A stretch of DNA of 64,000 nt, from NCBI RefSeq assembly GCF_963921235.1, contig NC_086108.1, forward strand, positions 2,356,001-2,420,000, written 5' to 3'. The notes beneath the pieces are model-generated. The model saw nothing but the letters and a program-made list of their open reading frames with translations. It searched no databases and had not been told where the DNA came from. The translations under genes and the position numbers were made by a program. Positions 26,064-39,104 of this stretch are shown one piece after another. Each line of letters opens with the position of its first letter. Position 1 is the first letter of the stretch. Origin of the DNA: Mobula hypostoma. Taxonomy: Eukaryota.

Positions 26064-26754
26064 CAATCAAAGCCACAAGTTTAATTGAAAGACAAGTTTG
26101 AAGCATGAAGATTGATCAGAAATTGATGGCCGGTACCCTGAGCCAGCAGATCTCTGCAAGTCCACTGGGGAAGGACGTCTGCGAATCCAAAAGGTCCTCT
26201 GGAGGCTGAAGTTGGTCTGTCCGGTGGTTTCTGTGTAGGGAGGAATGGGTGTTCATTTGGCTGTTGTTGCAATGTATGTTCTGGAGACAGTGTTTCTGTA
26301 CAGCGAGGAATGGGTGTTTATTTTGCTGTATGTTCTGTTCTATTGTGTTTCTGTGTTGTTCTGCTGAGCATCGTGGGCGTCAAAATGCGTGATGCCACCT
26401 TGGGAGTGTTGGTTGTTAGCACAGACAACACGTTTCACACGATGGTTCGATGAACGTGTGATCAATCAATCAGAATCCAATTCTGAAGCTGAGGCATTAA
26501 ACTGGCCTCATTTTTCATTCAGTGTGTGGGGAGGCCAGGGGGTGGGGAAGGATGTGGGGAGAGGTAGCACCTCTGGTGAAGGGACTTGTCATGTCTGGAG
26601 AGGGGCAACACCTCTGGTGAAGGGGCTTAACATGTCTGGGGAGGGGGAGCACTTCTGGTGAAGGGGTTTATCGTGTCCATTCTGGGGAAGGGAGAGCAGC
26701 TCTGGGATTGTCATGTTAGGGGAGGGAAAGAAGCTCACCAGAGACAGGGGCACC

Positions 26755-29700
26755 TATAAGACCGTAAGACCAGGAGCAGAGGTAGCCCATCCGGCCCATA
26801 GAGTCTGACTGAAGTAATTCCTCCACATCTCTCTTCTAAATGGATATCCTTCAATCCTGAAGTCGTGCCCTCTTGCCCTAGACTCCCCTACAATGGGAAA
26901 TAACTTTGCCACATCTAATCTGCTCAGGCCTTTTAACATTCAGAATGTTTCTATGAGATCCCCCCTCATTCTCCTGAACTCCAGGGAATACAGTCCAAGA
27001 GCTGCCAGACGTTCCTCATACGGTAAGCCTTTCATTCCTGGAATGATTCTCCAATGTCAGTATATCTTTTCTAAAATGAGGAGTCCAAAACTGCACACAA
27101 TGCGCCTAGTGTGGTCTTACAAGTGCCTTATAGAACCTCAACGTCACATCCCTGCTCTTACATTCTTTATCTCTAGAAATGAATGCCAACACTGCATTTG
27201 CCTTCTTCACCACTGACTTAACCTGGAGGTTAACCTTTAGGGTATCCTGCACGAGGACTCCCAAGTCTCTTTGCATCTCTGCATTTTGAATTCTCTCCCC
27301 ATCTAAATAATAGTCTGCCCATTTATTTCTTCCACCGAAGTGCATGACCATACACTTTCCAACATTGTATTTCATTTGCCACTTCTTTCCCCATTCCCTT
27401 AAACTATCTAAGTCTCTCTGCAGGCTCTCTGTATCCTCAACACTGTACTCAACAGCAGTCCCAACACCGACCCCTGTGGAACTCCACTGGTAACCGGCAG
27501 CCAGCCAGAATAGGATCCCTCTATTTCCACTCTCTGTTTTCTGCCGATCAGCCAATGCTCCACCCATGCTAGTAACTTCCCAGTAATTCCATGGGCTCTT
27601 ATCTTGCTAAGCAGCCTCATGTGCGACATCTTGTCAAAGGCCTTTTGAAAATCCAAGTACACCACATCTACTGCATCTCCTTTGTCTACCCTGCTTGTAA
27701 TTTCCTCAAAGAATTGCAGTAGCTTTGTCAGACAGGATTTTCCTTTCAGGAACCCATGCTGGCTTTGGACTATCTTGTCATGTGCGTCCAGGTACTCCGT
27801 AATCTCATTCCTAACAATCGATTCCAACAACTTCCCACCCACTGATGTCAGGCTAACAGGTCTATAGTTTCCTTTCTGCTGCCTCCCACCCTTCTTAAAT
27901 AGCGGAGTAACATTTGCAATTTTCCAGTCATCCGGTACAATGCCAGAATCTATCGATACTTGAAAGATCACCGTTAGTGCCTCGCAATCTCTCCAGCTAC
28001 TTCCTTCAGAACACAAGGGTGCATTCTGTTAGGTCAAGGAGATTTATCCACCCTCAGACCATTAAGCTTCCTGAGCACCTTCTCAGTTTTTTTTTTACTG
28101 CATGTACTTCACTTCCCTGACACTCTGGAATGTCCAGTATACTGCAGACGTCTTCCACTGTGAAGTCTGATGCAAAATACACATTCAGTTCCTCTGCCAT
28201 CTCTGCATCTCTCATTACACTATCTCTAGTATCATTTTCTATTGGTCCTATATCTACCCTCAACTTTCTTTTACCCTTTATATACTTAAAAACGTTCTAA
28301 GTATTTTCTTTGCTATTAGTCACCAGCTTCCTTTCATAATTCATCTTTTCCTTCCTCATAACCTTCTTAGTTTCTTTCTGCAAGTCTTTAAAAGCTTCCC
28401 AGTCCTCTATCTTCACACTGGCTTTGGCTTCCTTGTATGCCCTCTCTTTTGCTTTTACTTTGGCTCTGACTTCACTTGTCAGCCACGGTAGTGTCCTTCT
28501 TCCCTTTGAAAAATTCTTCTTATTTGGAATAAATCTGTCTTGCATTTCCCTCATTTCTCGCAGAAACTCCAGCCATTGCTGCTCTGCTGTTCTTCCTGCA
28601 AATGTCCCTTTCCAGTCAATTTCGGCCAGTTCCCCTCTCATGTCATTGTAATTTCCTTTATTCCACTGAAATATCAACACATTGGATTTTAATTTCTCCT
28701 TCTCAAATTTCAAAGTGAAGTCAATCATATTGTGATCACTGTTCCCTAAGGGATCCTTAACCTTAAGCTGTTTTATCACCTCTGGATCATTGCACAACAC
28801 CCAATCCAGCACAGCCGATCCCCTAATGGGCTCAACAACAAACTGCTCTAAAAAGCCATCCCTTAGACATTCTACAAATACTCTCTCTTGAGATTTAGTA
28901 CTGACCTGGTTTTCCCAATCCACTTTCATGTTAAAATCCCCAATGATTATCATAAGATTGCTCTTCTGATATGCCTTTTCAATCTCCTGCTGTAATTTGT
29001 AATCCACATCTTCATTGCATTTGGAGGCCTGTATACAACTGCCATTAGAGTCCTTTTACATCTTGCCATTTCTTAACTTAACCCATAGAGACCCAACACC
29101 TTCTAATCCTATGTCATCCCTTTCTAATGATTTAATATTATTTCTTGCACACAAGGCCACACCACTCCCTCTGCCTACTAACCTATCTTTCCGATACATC
29201 ATATGTCCTTGGACATTCAGCTTCCAATGGCAGCCATCCTTTAGCTAAGTTTCAGAGATGGCCACAACTTCACACTTGCCAATCTGTAGCTGAATTTCAA
29301 GATCATCCAATTTATTCCTTATGCTGCGTGTATTCAAATATTACACTTTCAGACCAGTATTTGTTGCTTTCTGTTTTACCTGCACCACGCCTCTATTGCC
29401 CTGTAACTCATGCTACTGGCTGTGATTATGCCTCACCTCCTGCCTGTTCTTTCTATCATCTCTGTTGCATGCTACCTTTGATTTATTTCTGCTTTCCCCT
29501 TCCTCAGCCCTATCACTCCAGTTCCCATCCCACTGCCAAATTAGTTTAAACCTTCCTAACAGCTCTATTAAACCTGCCTGCTAGGATATTGGACCCCTTT
29601 GGGTTCAGGTGTAACCCGTCATTTTTGTACAAACCAGACTTCCCCCAGAAGAGGCCCCAATGATCCAGGAACCCGAAGCCCTGCCCCCTACACCAGTCTC

Positions 29701-30742
29701 TCAGCCATACACATTAATATATCTGATCATGCTATTCTTGCACTCATTAGCACGTGGCACAGGCAGCAATCCTGAGATTACCACCCTGGAGGTCCTGCTT
29801 TTCACCTTCCTACCCAAATCCCTGAATTCTCTCTTCAGGACCTCCTCCCTTTTTCTACCTATGTCATTGGTACCAACGTGTCCCAAGACTTCTGGCTGTT
29901 CACCCTCTCCCTTCAGAATATTCTGCACCCAATCCAAGACATCCCGTACCCTGGCACCTGGGAAGCAACATACCATGCTGGTATCTCTATTAGGTTGCCA
30001 GAACCTCCTGTCTGTTCCCCTCACTATGGAATCCCCTATGACTACCGCATTCCTCATCTTCCTCTTTCCATTCTGCACCACGGAACCAGGCTCAGTGCCA
30101 GAGACCCGATCACTGTGCTTGTCCTCCGTCAGTTCACCCCCCTGAACAGCATCCAAAACCAGATAACGATTATTGAGGGGAATGGTCACAGGCACAGGGG
30201 TGCTCTCTACTATCTGAGCTTTTCCCTTCGCTTCCCTGACTGTTACCCACTTATCTAACTCCTGCAGCCTCCGGGTGACTAACTGCCTGTAGCTCCTATC
30301 TATCTCCTGCTCACTTTCCCTGATAAGCTGTAGGTCATCGAACCGCAGCTCCAGATCCCTAACACGGTCTCTCAGGAGCAGCATCTCGGTGCACCTGGTG
30401 CAGATGTGGCTATCTGGGAGACTGAAAGATTCCCAGGATTCCCACAGCTGACCTATTCCTCAAAAAATACAAGGAAAAACAAAGTCCACTTCCCTCGCCC
30501 AAGCCCGAATGAACCAAATCACTACCAGTCTGACTCAGACCACTCCAATGATGACCGCTGCTTTGATGAACACTAGGCATTGTCTCCTTTTTATGCCGGA
30601 ATCTTCCCTGCTCTCCAACACAGGATTGATGTGCCGGTTATAGCGAATTCCCGCGAAACTCTCCCTTTTAAACTTTGCTTACAGACACGTGCGCCACCTC
30701 CTCTGTCGTAGCTCTCCAACTCACGATTGGTGCACCGGTTGT
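26755..30742 (-). mobile_element. Near-full-length CR1 LINE (5'UTR, SGNH-esterase ORF1, APE-RT ORF2), disrupted
   Basis: ORF1: CTRC knuckle, coiled region, VIGDSIVR, FPGA, HVGTND and DGLH. ORF2: GDFN, SDH, LDFQKAFD and GVPQGSVLG. Frameshifts and internal deletions present. Confidence 0.93.
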
Positions 30743-30949
30743 CTGGTGAAGGGGCTTGTCGTGTCCATTCTGGGGAGAGGGACCATCTGCAGTGAAGGGG
30801 GCTTGTCATGTCCGGGGAGGGGTGGCATCCCTGGTGCCCTTTCTGGGGGGGAGGGGTGGTAGAGGGGCTTGTTGTTTCTATTCCAGGGCAGCTCACTGAC
30901 TGTACACCCCACGAGACACCCCAGCTCCAAGTATTTGTTTGCATGTGAA

Positions 30950-33900
30950 AGGACGGTCATGGGGCGGGGGGGGGGAACGTACGCCAGACGGTCACAGGGG
31001 GAACGTACGCCGGATGGTCACTGGGGGGGGGGAAACATACGCCGGACGGTCACGGGGGGGGGGGGAACGTACACCGCACGGTCTCGGGGGAAACGTACAC
31101 CAGACGGTCACTGGGTGGGGGGGAATGTACAACGGACGGTCACGGGGTGGGGGGAACATACAACGGACGGTCTCGGGGGAAACGTACACCAGACGGTCAC
31201 TGGGTGGGGGGGAATGTACAACGGACGGTCACGGGGTGGGGGGAACGTACACCGGACGGTCACTGGGGGGGGGGAAACGTACAACGGACGGTCACGGCGG
31301 GGTGGGGGGGAGGAACGTACGCCGGACGGTCACAGGGGGAACGTACACCGGACAGTACTGGGGGGGGAACATACACCGGACGGTCACGGGGGGAACGTTC
31401 ACTGGACTGTACTGGGGGGGGGGGAGGAATGTACGCCGGACGGTCACGGGGGGAGGGGGACGTACAATGGACGGTCACGGGGGGGGGGACGTACAACGGA
31501 CGGTCACGGGTGGGGGACGTACACCGGACAGTCATGGGGGGGGGGAACGCACAATGGACGGTCACGGTGGGGGGGGAATGTACGCTGGACGGTCACGGGG
31601 GGGGGAATGTACAACGGACGGTCACGGGGGGAATGTATGCTGGATGGTCACCGGGGGGGGGGGGGAACGTACGCCGGACGGTCACAGGGGGAACGTACGC
31701 CGGACGGTCACGGGGGGGGGGAACGTATGCCGGACGGTCATGGGGGGGGGAACGTACGCCGGACGGTCACGGGGGGGGGAACGTACACCAGACGGTCACG
31801 GGAGGAACGTAAGCTGGACGGTCATGGGGGGGAACGTACGCCGGACGGTCACGGGAGGAACGTACACCGGATGGTCACGGGGGTGGGGGGAGGAACATAC
31901 GCCGGACGGTCACGAGGGGAACGTTCACCGGACTGTACTGGGGGGGGGAGGAACGTACGCCGGACGGTCACGGGGTGGGGGGAGGAGGAACGTACGCCAG
32001 ACGGTCACCGGGGGGAATGTACACCGGACGGTAACTGGGGGGGGGGGAGAAACGTACAACGGACGGTCACGGGGGTAGGGGGACGTACAATGGACGGTCA
32101 CGGGGGGGGGGAACGTACAACGGACAGTCACGGGAGGGGGACGTACACCGGACGGTCACGGGGGGGGCATGGAACGCAGAATGGACGGTCACGGTGGGGG
32201 GGAATGTACAACGGATGGTCACAGGGGGAATGTACGCTGGATGATCACGGCGGGGGGGGGAATGTACAACGGACGGTCACGGGGGGAATGTACGCTGGAT
32301 GGTCACCCGGGGGGAACGTACACCAGACGGTCACGGGAGGAACGTAAGCCGGATGATCATGGGGGGGAACGTACACCGGATGGTCACGGGAGAGGGAGGA
32401 ACGTACGTCGGACGGTCACAGGGGGAACGTACGCCAGATGGTCACGGGGGGGGGAGGAACGTACGCCGGACGGTCACGGGGGGGGGTAGGAACGTATGCC
32501 GGACGGTAACGGGGGGAACGTACGCCAGACGGTCACGGGAGGAACGTACGCCGGACGGTCATGGGAGGAACGTACGCTGGACGGTCACAGGGGGAACGTA
32601 CACCGGACGGTAACTGGGGGGGGGGGGGGAACGTACAACGGACGGTCACGGGGGGAGGGGGACGTACAATGGACGGTCATGGGGGGGAACGTACAACGGA
32701 CGGTCACGGGGCGGGGGAACGCACAATGGACGGTCACGGTTGGGGGGAATGTACAACGGACGGTCACAGGGGGAATGTACGCTGGATGGTCACGGGGGGG
32801 GGAATGTACAACGGACGGTCACGGGGGGAATGTACGCTGGATGGCCACCGGGCGGGGGAACGTACGCCGGACGGTCACGGGCGGGGGGGGAACATACGCT
32901 GTACGGTCACTGGGGGAGGAACGTACACCGGACAGTACTGGGGGGAACGTACATCGGACGGTCACGGGGGGAACGTTCACTGGACTGTACTGGGGGGGGG
33001 GAGGAATGTACGCCGGACGGTCACAGGGGGAACGTACACCGGACAGTACTGGGGGGGAACGTACACCGGACGGTCACGGGGGGAACGTTCACTGGACTGT
33101 ACTGGGGGGGGGAGGAATGTATGCCGGACGGTCACGGGGGGAATGTACGCTGGATGGTCACCGGGGGGGGGAATGTACAACGGACGGTCACGGGGGGAAT
33201 GTACGCTGGATGGTCACCGGGGGGGGGGGGGAGGAACGTACGCTGGACAGTCACGGGGGGGGGGGGAACGTACGCCGGATGGTCGGGAAACGTATGCCGG
33301 ATGGTCACGGGGGGGCGGGAAACGTATGCCGGACGGTCACGGGGGGGGGTATGTACGCCGGACGGTCACGGGGGGGGGGAACGTACACCGGACGGTCACG
33401 GGAGGAACGTAAGCCGGACGGTCATGGGGGGGAACGTATGCCGGACGGTCACGGGAGGAACGTACGCCGGATGGTCACGGGGGGGGGGAGGAACGTACGC
33501 CGGACGGTCACGGTGGGGGGAGGAGGAACGTACGCCGGATGGTCACGGGGAGGAATGTACACCGGACGGTAACTGGGGGGGGGGAAACGTACAACGGACG
33601 GTCACGGGGGGAGGGGGACGTACAATGGACGGTCACGGGGGGGGGAACGTACAACGGACAGTCACGGGAGGGGGACGTACACCGGACGGTCATGGGGGGG
33701 GGAACACACAATGGACGGTCACGGTGGGGGGGAATGTACAACGGATGGTCAAGGGGGGGACGTACGCCGGATGGTCACGGGGGGGGGGAGGAACGTACGC
33801 TGGACAGTCACAGGGGGGGGAAACGTACGCCGGATGGTCACGGGGGGGCAGGAAACGTATGCCGGATGGTCACGGGGGGGGCGGGAAACGTATGCCGGAC

Positions 33901-36900
33901 GGTCACGGGCGGGGTATGTACGCCGGACGGTCACGGGGGGGGGGGGAACGTACACCGGACGGTCACGGGAGGAACGTAAGCCGGACGGTCATGGGGGGGA
34001 ACGTACACCGGACGGTAACTGGGGGGGGGGGGAAACGTACAACGGACGGTCACGGGGGGAAATGTACACCGGACGGTAACTGGGGGGGCGGAATGTACAA
34101 CGGACGGTCACAGGGGGGAGGGGGACGTACAATGGACGGTCACGGGGGGGGGGAACATACAACGGACGGTCACAGGTGGGGGACGTACACCGGACGGGCA
34201 CGGGGGGGGGGGAACGCACAATGGACGGTCACAGTGGGGGGGAATGTACAACGGACGGTCACGGGGGGAATGTACACCGGACGGTAACTGGGGGGGGGGG
34301 GAAACGTACAACGGACGGTCACGGGGGGAAATGTACACCGGACGGTAACTGGGGGGGCGGAATGTACAACGGACGGTCACAGGGGGGAGGGGGGGAGGGG
34401 GACGTACAATGGACGGTCACGGGGGGGGGGGAACATACAACGGACGGTCACAGGTGGGGGACGTACACTGGACGGGCACGGGGGGGGAACGCACAATGGA
34501 CGGTCACGGTGGGGGGGAATGTACAACGGACGGTCACGGGGGGAATGTATGCTGGACGGTCACGGGGGGGGGAATGTACAACGGACGGTCACAGGGGGAA
34601 TGTACGCTGGATGGTCACCGGGGGGGGGGGGAGGAACGTACGCTGGACAGTCACGGGGGGGGGGGGGACGTACGCCGGATGGTCGGGAAACGTATGCCGG
34701 ATGGTCACGGGGGGGCAGGAAACGTATGCCGGATGGTCACGGGGGGGGCGGGAAACGTATGCCGGACGGTCACGGGCGGGGTATGTACGCCGGACGGTCA
34801 CACGGGAGGAACGTAAGCCGGACGGTCATGGGGGGGAACGTACACCGGACGGTAACTGGGGGGGGGGGAAACGTACAACGGACGGTCACGGGGGGAAATG
34901 TACACCGGACGGTAACTGGGGGGGCGGAATGTACAACGGACGGTCACAGGGGGGAGGGGGACGTACAATGGACGGTCACGGGGGGGGGGAACATACAACG
35001 GACGGTCACAGGTGGGGGACGTACACCGGACGGGCACGGGGGGGGGGAACGCACAATGGACGGTCACAGTGGGGGGGAATGTACAACGGACGGTCACGGG
35101 GGGAATGTACACCGGACGGTAACTGGGGGGGGGGGGAAACGTACAACGGACGGTCACGGGGGGAAATGTACACCGGACGGTAACTGGGGGGGCGGAATGT
35201 ACAACGGACGGTCACAGGGGGGAGGGGGGGAGGGGGACGTACAATGGACGGTCACGGGGGGGGGGGAACATACAACGGACGGTCACAGGTGGGGGACGTA
35301 CACTGGACGGGCACGGGGGGGGAACGCACAATGGACGGTCACGGTGGGGGGGAATGTACAACGGACGGTCACGGGGGGAATGTATGCTGGACGGTCACGG
35401 GGGGGGGAATGTACAACGGACGGTCACAGGGGGAATGTACGCTGGATGGTCACCGGGGGGGGGGGGAGGAACGTACGCTGGACAGTCACGGGGGGGGGGG
35501 GGACGTACGCCGGATGGTCGGGAAACGTATGCCGGATGGTCACGGGGGGAGGGGGACGTACAATGGACGGTCACGGGGGGGGGAACGTACAACGGACAGT
35601 CACGGGAAGGGGACGTACACCGGACGGTCACGGGGGGGGGGAACACACAATGGATGGTCACGGTGGGGGGGAATGTACAATGGACGGTCACGGGGGGAAT
35701 GTACGCTGGATGGTCACCAGGGGGGAACGTACGCCGGACGGTCACGGGGGGGGGGGCGGGGGGAACATACGCTGAACGGTCACTGGGGGAGGAACGTTCG
35801 CCGGACAGTCAGGAGGGGAACATACGCCAGACGGTCATGGGGGGAACGTACGCCGGAAGGTCACGGGGGGAGTGTACGCTGGAAGGTCACGGCGGGGGAA
35901 TGTACAACGGACGGTCACGGGGGGAATGTACGCTGGATGGTCACCAGGGGGGAACGTATGCCGGAAGGTCACGGGGGGGGAACGTACGCCGGAAGGTCAC
36001 GGGGGGAGTGTACGCTGGAAGGTCACGGCGGGGGAATGTACAACGGACGGTCACGGGGGGAATGTACGCTGGATGGTCACCAGGGGGGAACGTATGCCGG
36101 AAGGTCACGGGGGGGGGAACGTACGCCGGACGGTCACGGGGGGAGTGTACGCTGGAAGGTCACGGCGGGGGAATGTACAACGGACGGTCACGGGGGGAAT
36201 GTACGCTGGATGGTCACCAGGGGGGAACGTATGCCGGAAGGTCACGGGGGGGGGGCGGGGGGAACATACGCTGAACGGTCACTGGGGGAGGAATGTACAA
36301 CGGACGGTCACAGGGGGAATGTACGCTGGATGGTCACCGGGGGGGGGGGGGGGGGAGGAACGTACGCTGGACAGTCACGGGGGGGGGGGGGACGTACGCC
36401 GGATGGTCGGGAAACGTATGCCGGATGGTCACGGGGGGAGGGGGACGTACAATGGACGGTCACGGGGGGGGGAACGTACAACGGACAGTCACGGGAAGGG
36501 GACGTACACCGGACGGTCACGGGGGGGGGAACACACAATGGATGGTCACGGTGGGGGGGAATGTACAACGGACGGTCACGGGGGGAATGTACGCTGGATG
36601 GTCACCAGGGGGGAACGTATGCCGGACGGTCACGGGGGGGGGGCGGGGGGAACATACGCTGAACGGTCACTGGGGGAGGAACGTTCGCCGGACAGTCAGG
36701 AGGGGAACATACGCCAGACGGTCATGGGGGGAACGTACGCCGGAAGGTCACGGGGGGGGAACGTACGCCGGACGGTCACGGGGGGAATGTACGCTGGAAG
36801 GTCACGGCGGGGGAATGTACAACGGACGGTCACGGGGGGAATGTACGCTGGATGGTCACCGGGGGGGAACGTACGCCGGAAAGTCACGGGGGGGGGAACG

Positions 36901-37101
36901 TACGCCGGACGGTCACGGGGGGAGTGTACGCTGGAAGTTCACGGGGGGGGAATGTACAACGGACGGTCATGGGGGGAACGTACACCAAACGGTCACGGGG
37001 GGGGGAACGTACGCCGGACGGTCACGGGGGGAGTGTACGCTGGAAGGTCACGGGGGGGGAATGTACAACGGACGGTCATGGGGGGAACGTACACCAAACG
37101 G
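30950..37101 (+). repeat. G-rich, CpG-rich minisatellite, about 6.15 kb, unit about 25-35 bp
   Basis: Unit GGACGGTCAC-(G)n-AACGTACGCC with variants. Roughly 200 units estimated from length. Confidence 0.97.
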
Positions 37102-37339
37102 TACCAAGTCAGCTATGAACCCAGGTGATTGGGGTCATGGGGCTCCAGTTCTACTGGCTTTGCCACAGTGACACCGATTTGAAAAGTGTCACGATTTTCT
37201 CTTACTTTACTAAGATTAGATGAAAGAGATTTGAATCAATGGGAGGGCGTTACTGTGAATCAAAGGGGGAGGAGGGTGTGTAGGAGTGGAGGATTGTCAC
37301 ACACTCTAAGCTTTGTCACGTAAGTGACATTTTCTTCAT

Positions 37340-37960
37340 ATAGAGCACAGACAAGTAAAGCACAGGAACAGGACCTTCAGCCGACTACATCGTGCCAAAC
37401 CAATTGAATTAGTAATCAAGAGGCCAATTAACTGATCTCTTCTGCCTACACAGTGCTCATATCCTTCCAATTTCCTCACATTCAGCTGCCTAACTAAACG
37501 TCTCTCAGTCTCTCATGTATCTGCCCCTACCACCACAGGCAGCACATTCCAGACACACACCACTCTGTGTAAAACACTTGCCGCTCACCCCTCACATCTC
37601 CTTTGAACCTACCCTCTCTCACCTTCAATGCATGCCCCCTGGTATTCCCTGGGAAAATGATACTGTCTGTCCACTCTATCTCCACCTCCCACAATCTTAT
37701 AAACCTCTATCAGATCTCCCCTCAGCCTCTGGCACTCCAGGGAAAATAACCCAAGCTTCTCTCATGCCCTCTAAACCGGGCAGCATCCTGGTAAACCTCT
37801 TCTGCACCCTCTCTAAAAAAGGTTCAAAATCCTTCCTATAGTGAGGAGACCAGAACTGTATGCACTACTCCAGATAGGCCTAACCAGAGTTCTATAAAAT
37901 TGTAGCATAACTTCCTGACTTCTGAACTCAATGCCTCAACTAATAAAGGCATCTGCCCTG
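37340..37960 (-). mobile_element. Decayed CR1 3' fragment
   Basis: 'gcatcctggtaaacctcttctgcaccctct' is the reverse complement of the ERVQKRFTRM coding sequence. Confidence 0.72.
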
Positions 37961-38429
37961 TTAATCACCCTCTCTATATCTCATTCAATCAGAGAATCTT
38001 TGCTTTCATAAATAATGAACTACAACACTGCTTAGCACATTCAAACATTTGGAAACTTAAGCGCAGGTGCTTTAAGGAATAATGCAACCACATCTGATGT
38101 GGTTGGGAAACTTGGCTCTGAACCAAGACTGTCAATGCTTTCATCTGTGGCTCAACCAACAGCTCTCTTTCCTCTGACTCAGAATTCTGCGGATTCATGT
38201 TCCATTCCAGAGACTAGAGCCCAAAACCCAGCCCAATTATCCCAACACATTACTGGGAGACGGCAGATATCAAACCACAAATTGCCAGAAACAATTAGCA
38301 GGTCAGCCAGCATCCATGGAAAAAACAATTCAATCCTGATGTGGGGTCTTTGAGCTGAAACATTAACTCTCTTTCACTCTCCACAGATGCTGCCCAACTA
38401 GTTGTGCGTTTGTAGTATTTTCTGTTTTT

Positions 38430-38843
38430 TTTTGGCGTGTGCCTGCGTGCGTGTGAGTCTGTGCGTGTGTGCGTGTGCGTGCATGTGAGTCTGTGCGTGT
38501 GAGTCTGTGCGTGTGTGCGTGTGTGTGCATGTGAGTCTGTGCGTGTGAGTGTGTGAGTCTGTGCGTGTGAGCGTGTGCATCCGTGATGATGTCTTTTTCA
38601 TGGCCTTTTACAAGGCACTGAACAAGACAGAGAGAGAGAGAGAGACTGTGTGGCGTGCCACTCCCCACACAGACACCTTTGCAGTATTTTCCCTTTTTTC
38701 TATTTTACAAGATCGGGTTGTGATCTCGACACTCACCCCAGCATGGATGGAAAGCATACTCGGGAGCAGACCCAACTGGTTTCGAACCCGGGAACCTCCA
38801 CTCCCGAGTCCGGCGCCGATGTCTTTGAACCACCAACCGGCCC
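38430..38843 (-). mobile_element. tRNA-headed SINE with CA-rich microsatellite, poly(A) tail and 15-bp TSD
   Basis: Head gggccggttggtgg... with B-box gggttcgaaacc. TSD gtattttctgttttt at 38415-38429 and 38844-38858. Inserted into a PLE terminal remnant. Confidence 0.75.
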
Positions 38844-39104
38844 GTATTTTCTGTTTTTATTTCAGATTTCCAACACCTGCAGATTTTTTGTTCTTTCTCT
38901 AAAGCAAAGTTCTGATAGTCTGTCATTCTTGGGACTTTGGTGGTGCTGGGCAGGCAAAATTTTGAAACTCCAGGTGTGATGTGGAGTAACCTTCATGAAC
39001 TGATGTAGTGCTTGTGCTGAAGCTGCTCTTACAGAGCTGTTGAGTTATGAGTTTCAGCATGGTGAATTGTTCCCAGTAGTGAGATGGTTTAGGACTTCAG
39101 CCTC

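Noticed and set aside
30950..37101. CRISPR-like look of a constant repeat with variable intervening sequence
   Set aside because: The intervening parts are G-runs and recurrent variants, not unique spacers. No cas genes; eukaryotic context.
30869..37171. Long Gly/Arg/Thr-rich ORFs (up to 515 aa) in all three plus frames
   Set aside because: A by-product of a stop-poor G-rich repeat. Frames shift with G-run length and no frame is preserved.
38363..38668. His/Thr/Ala-rich ORFs
   Set aside because: Translation of a CA-type microsatellite.
38760..38843. Possible tRNA gene (B-box gggttcgaaacc)
   Set aside because: No convincing cloverleaf. It is the head of a TSD-flanked SINE.
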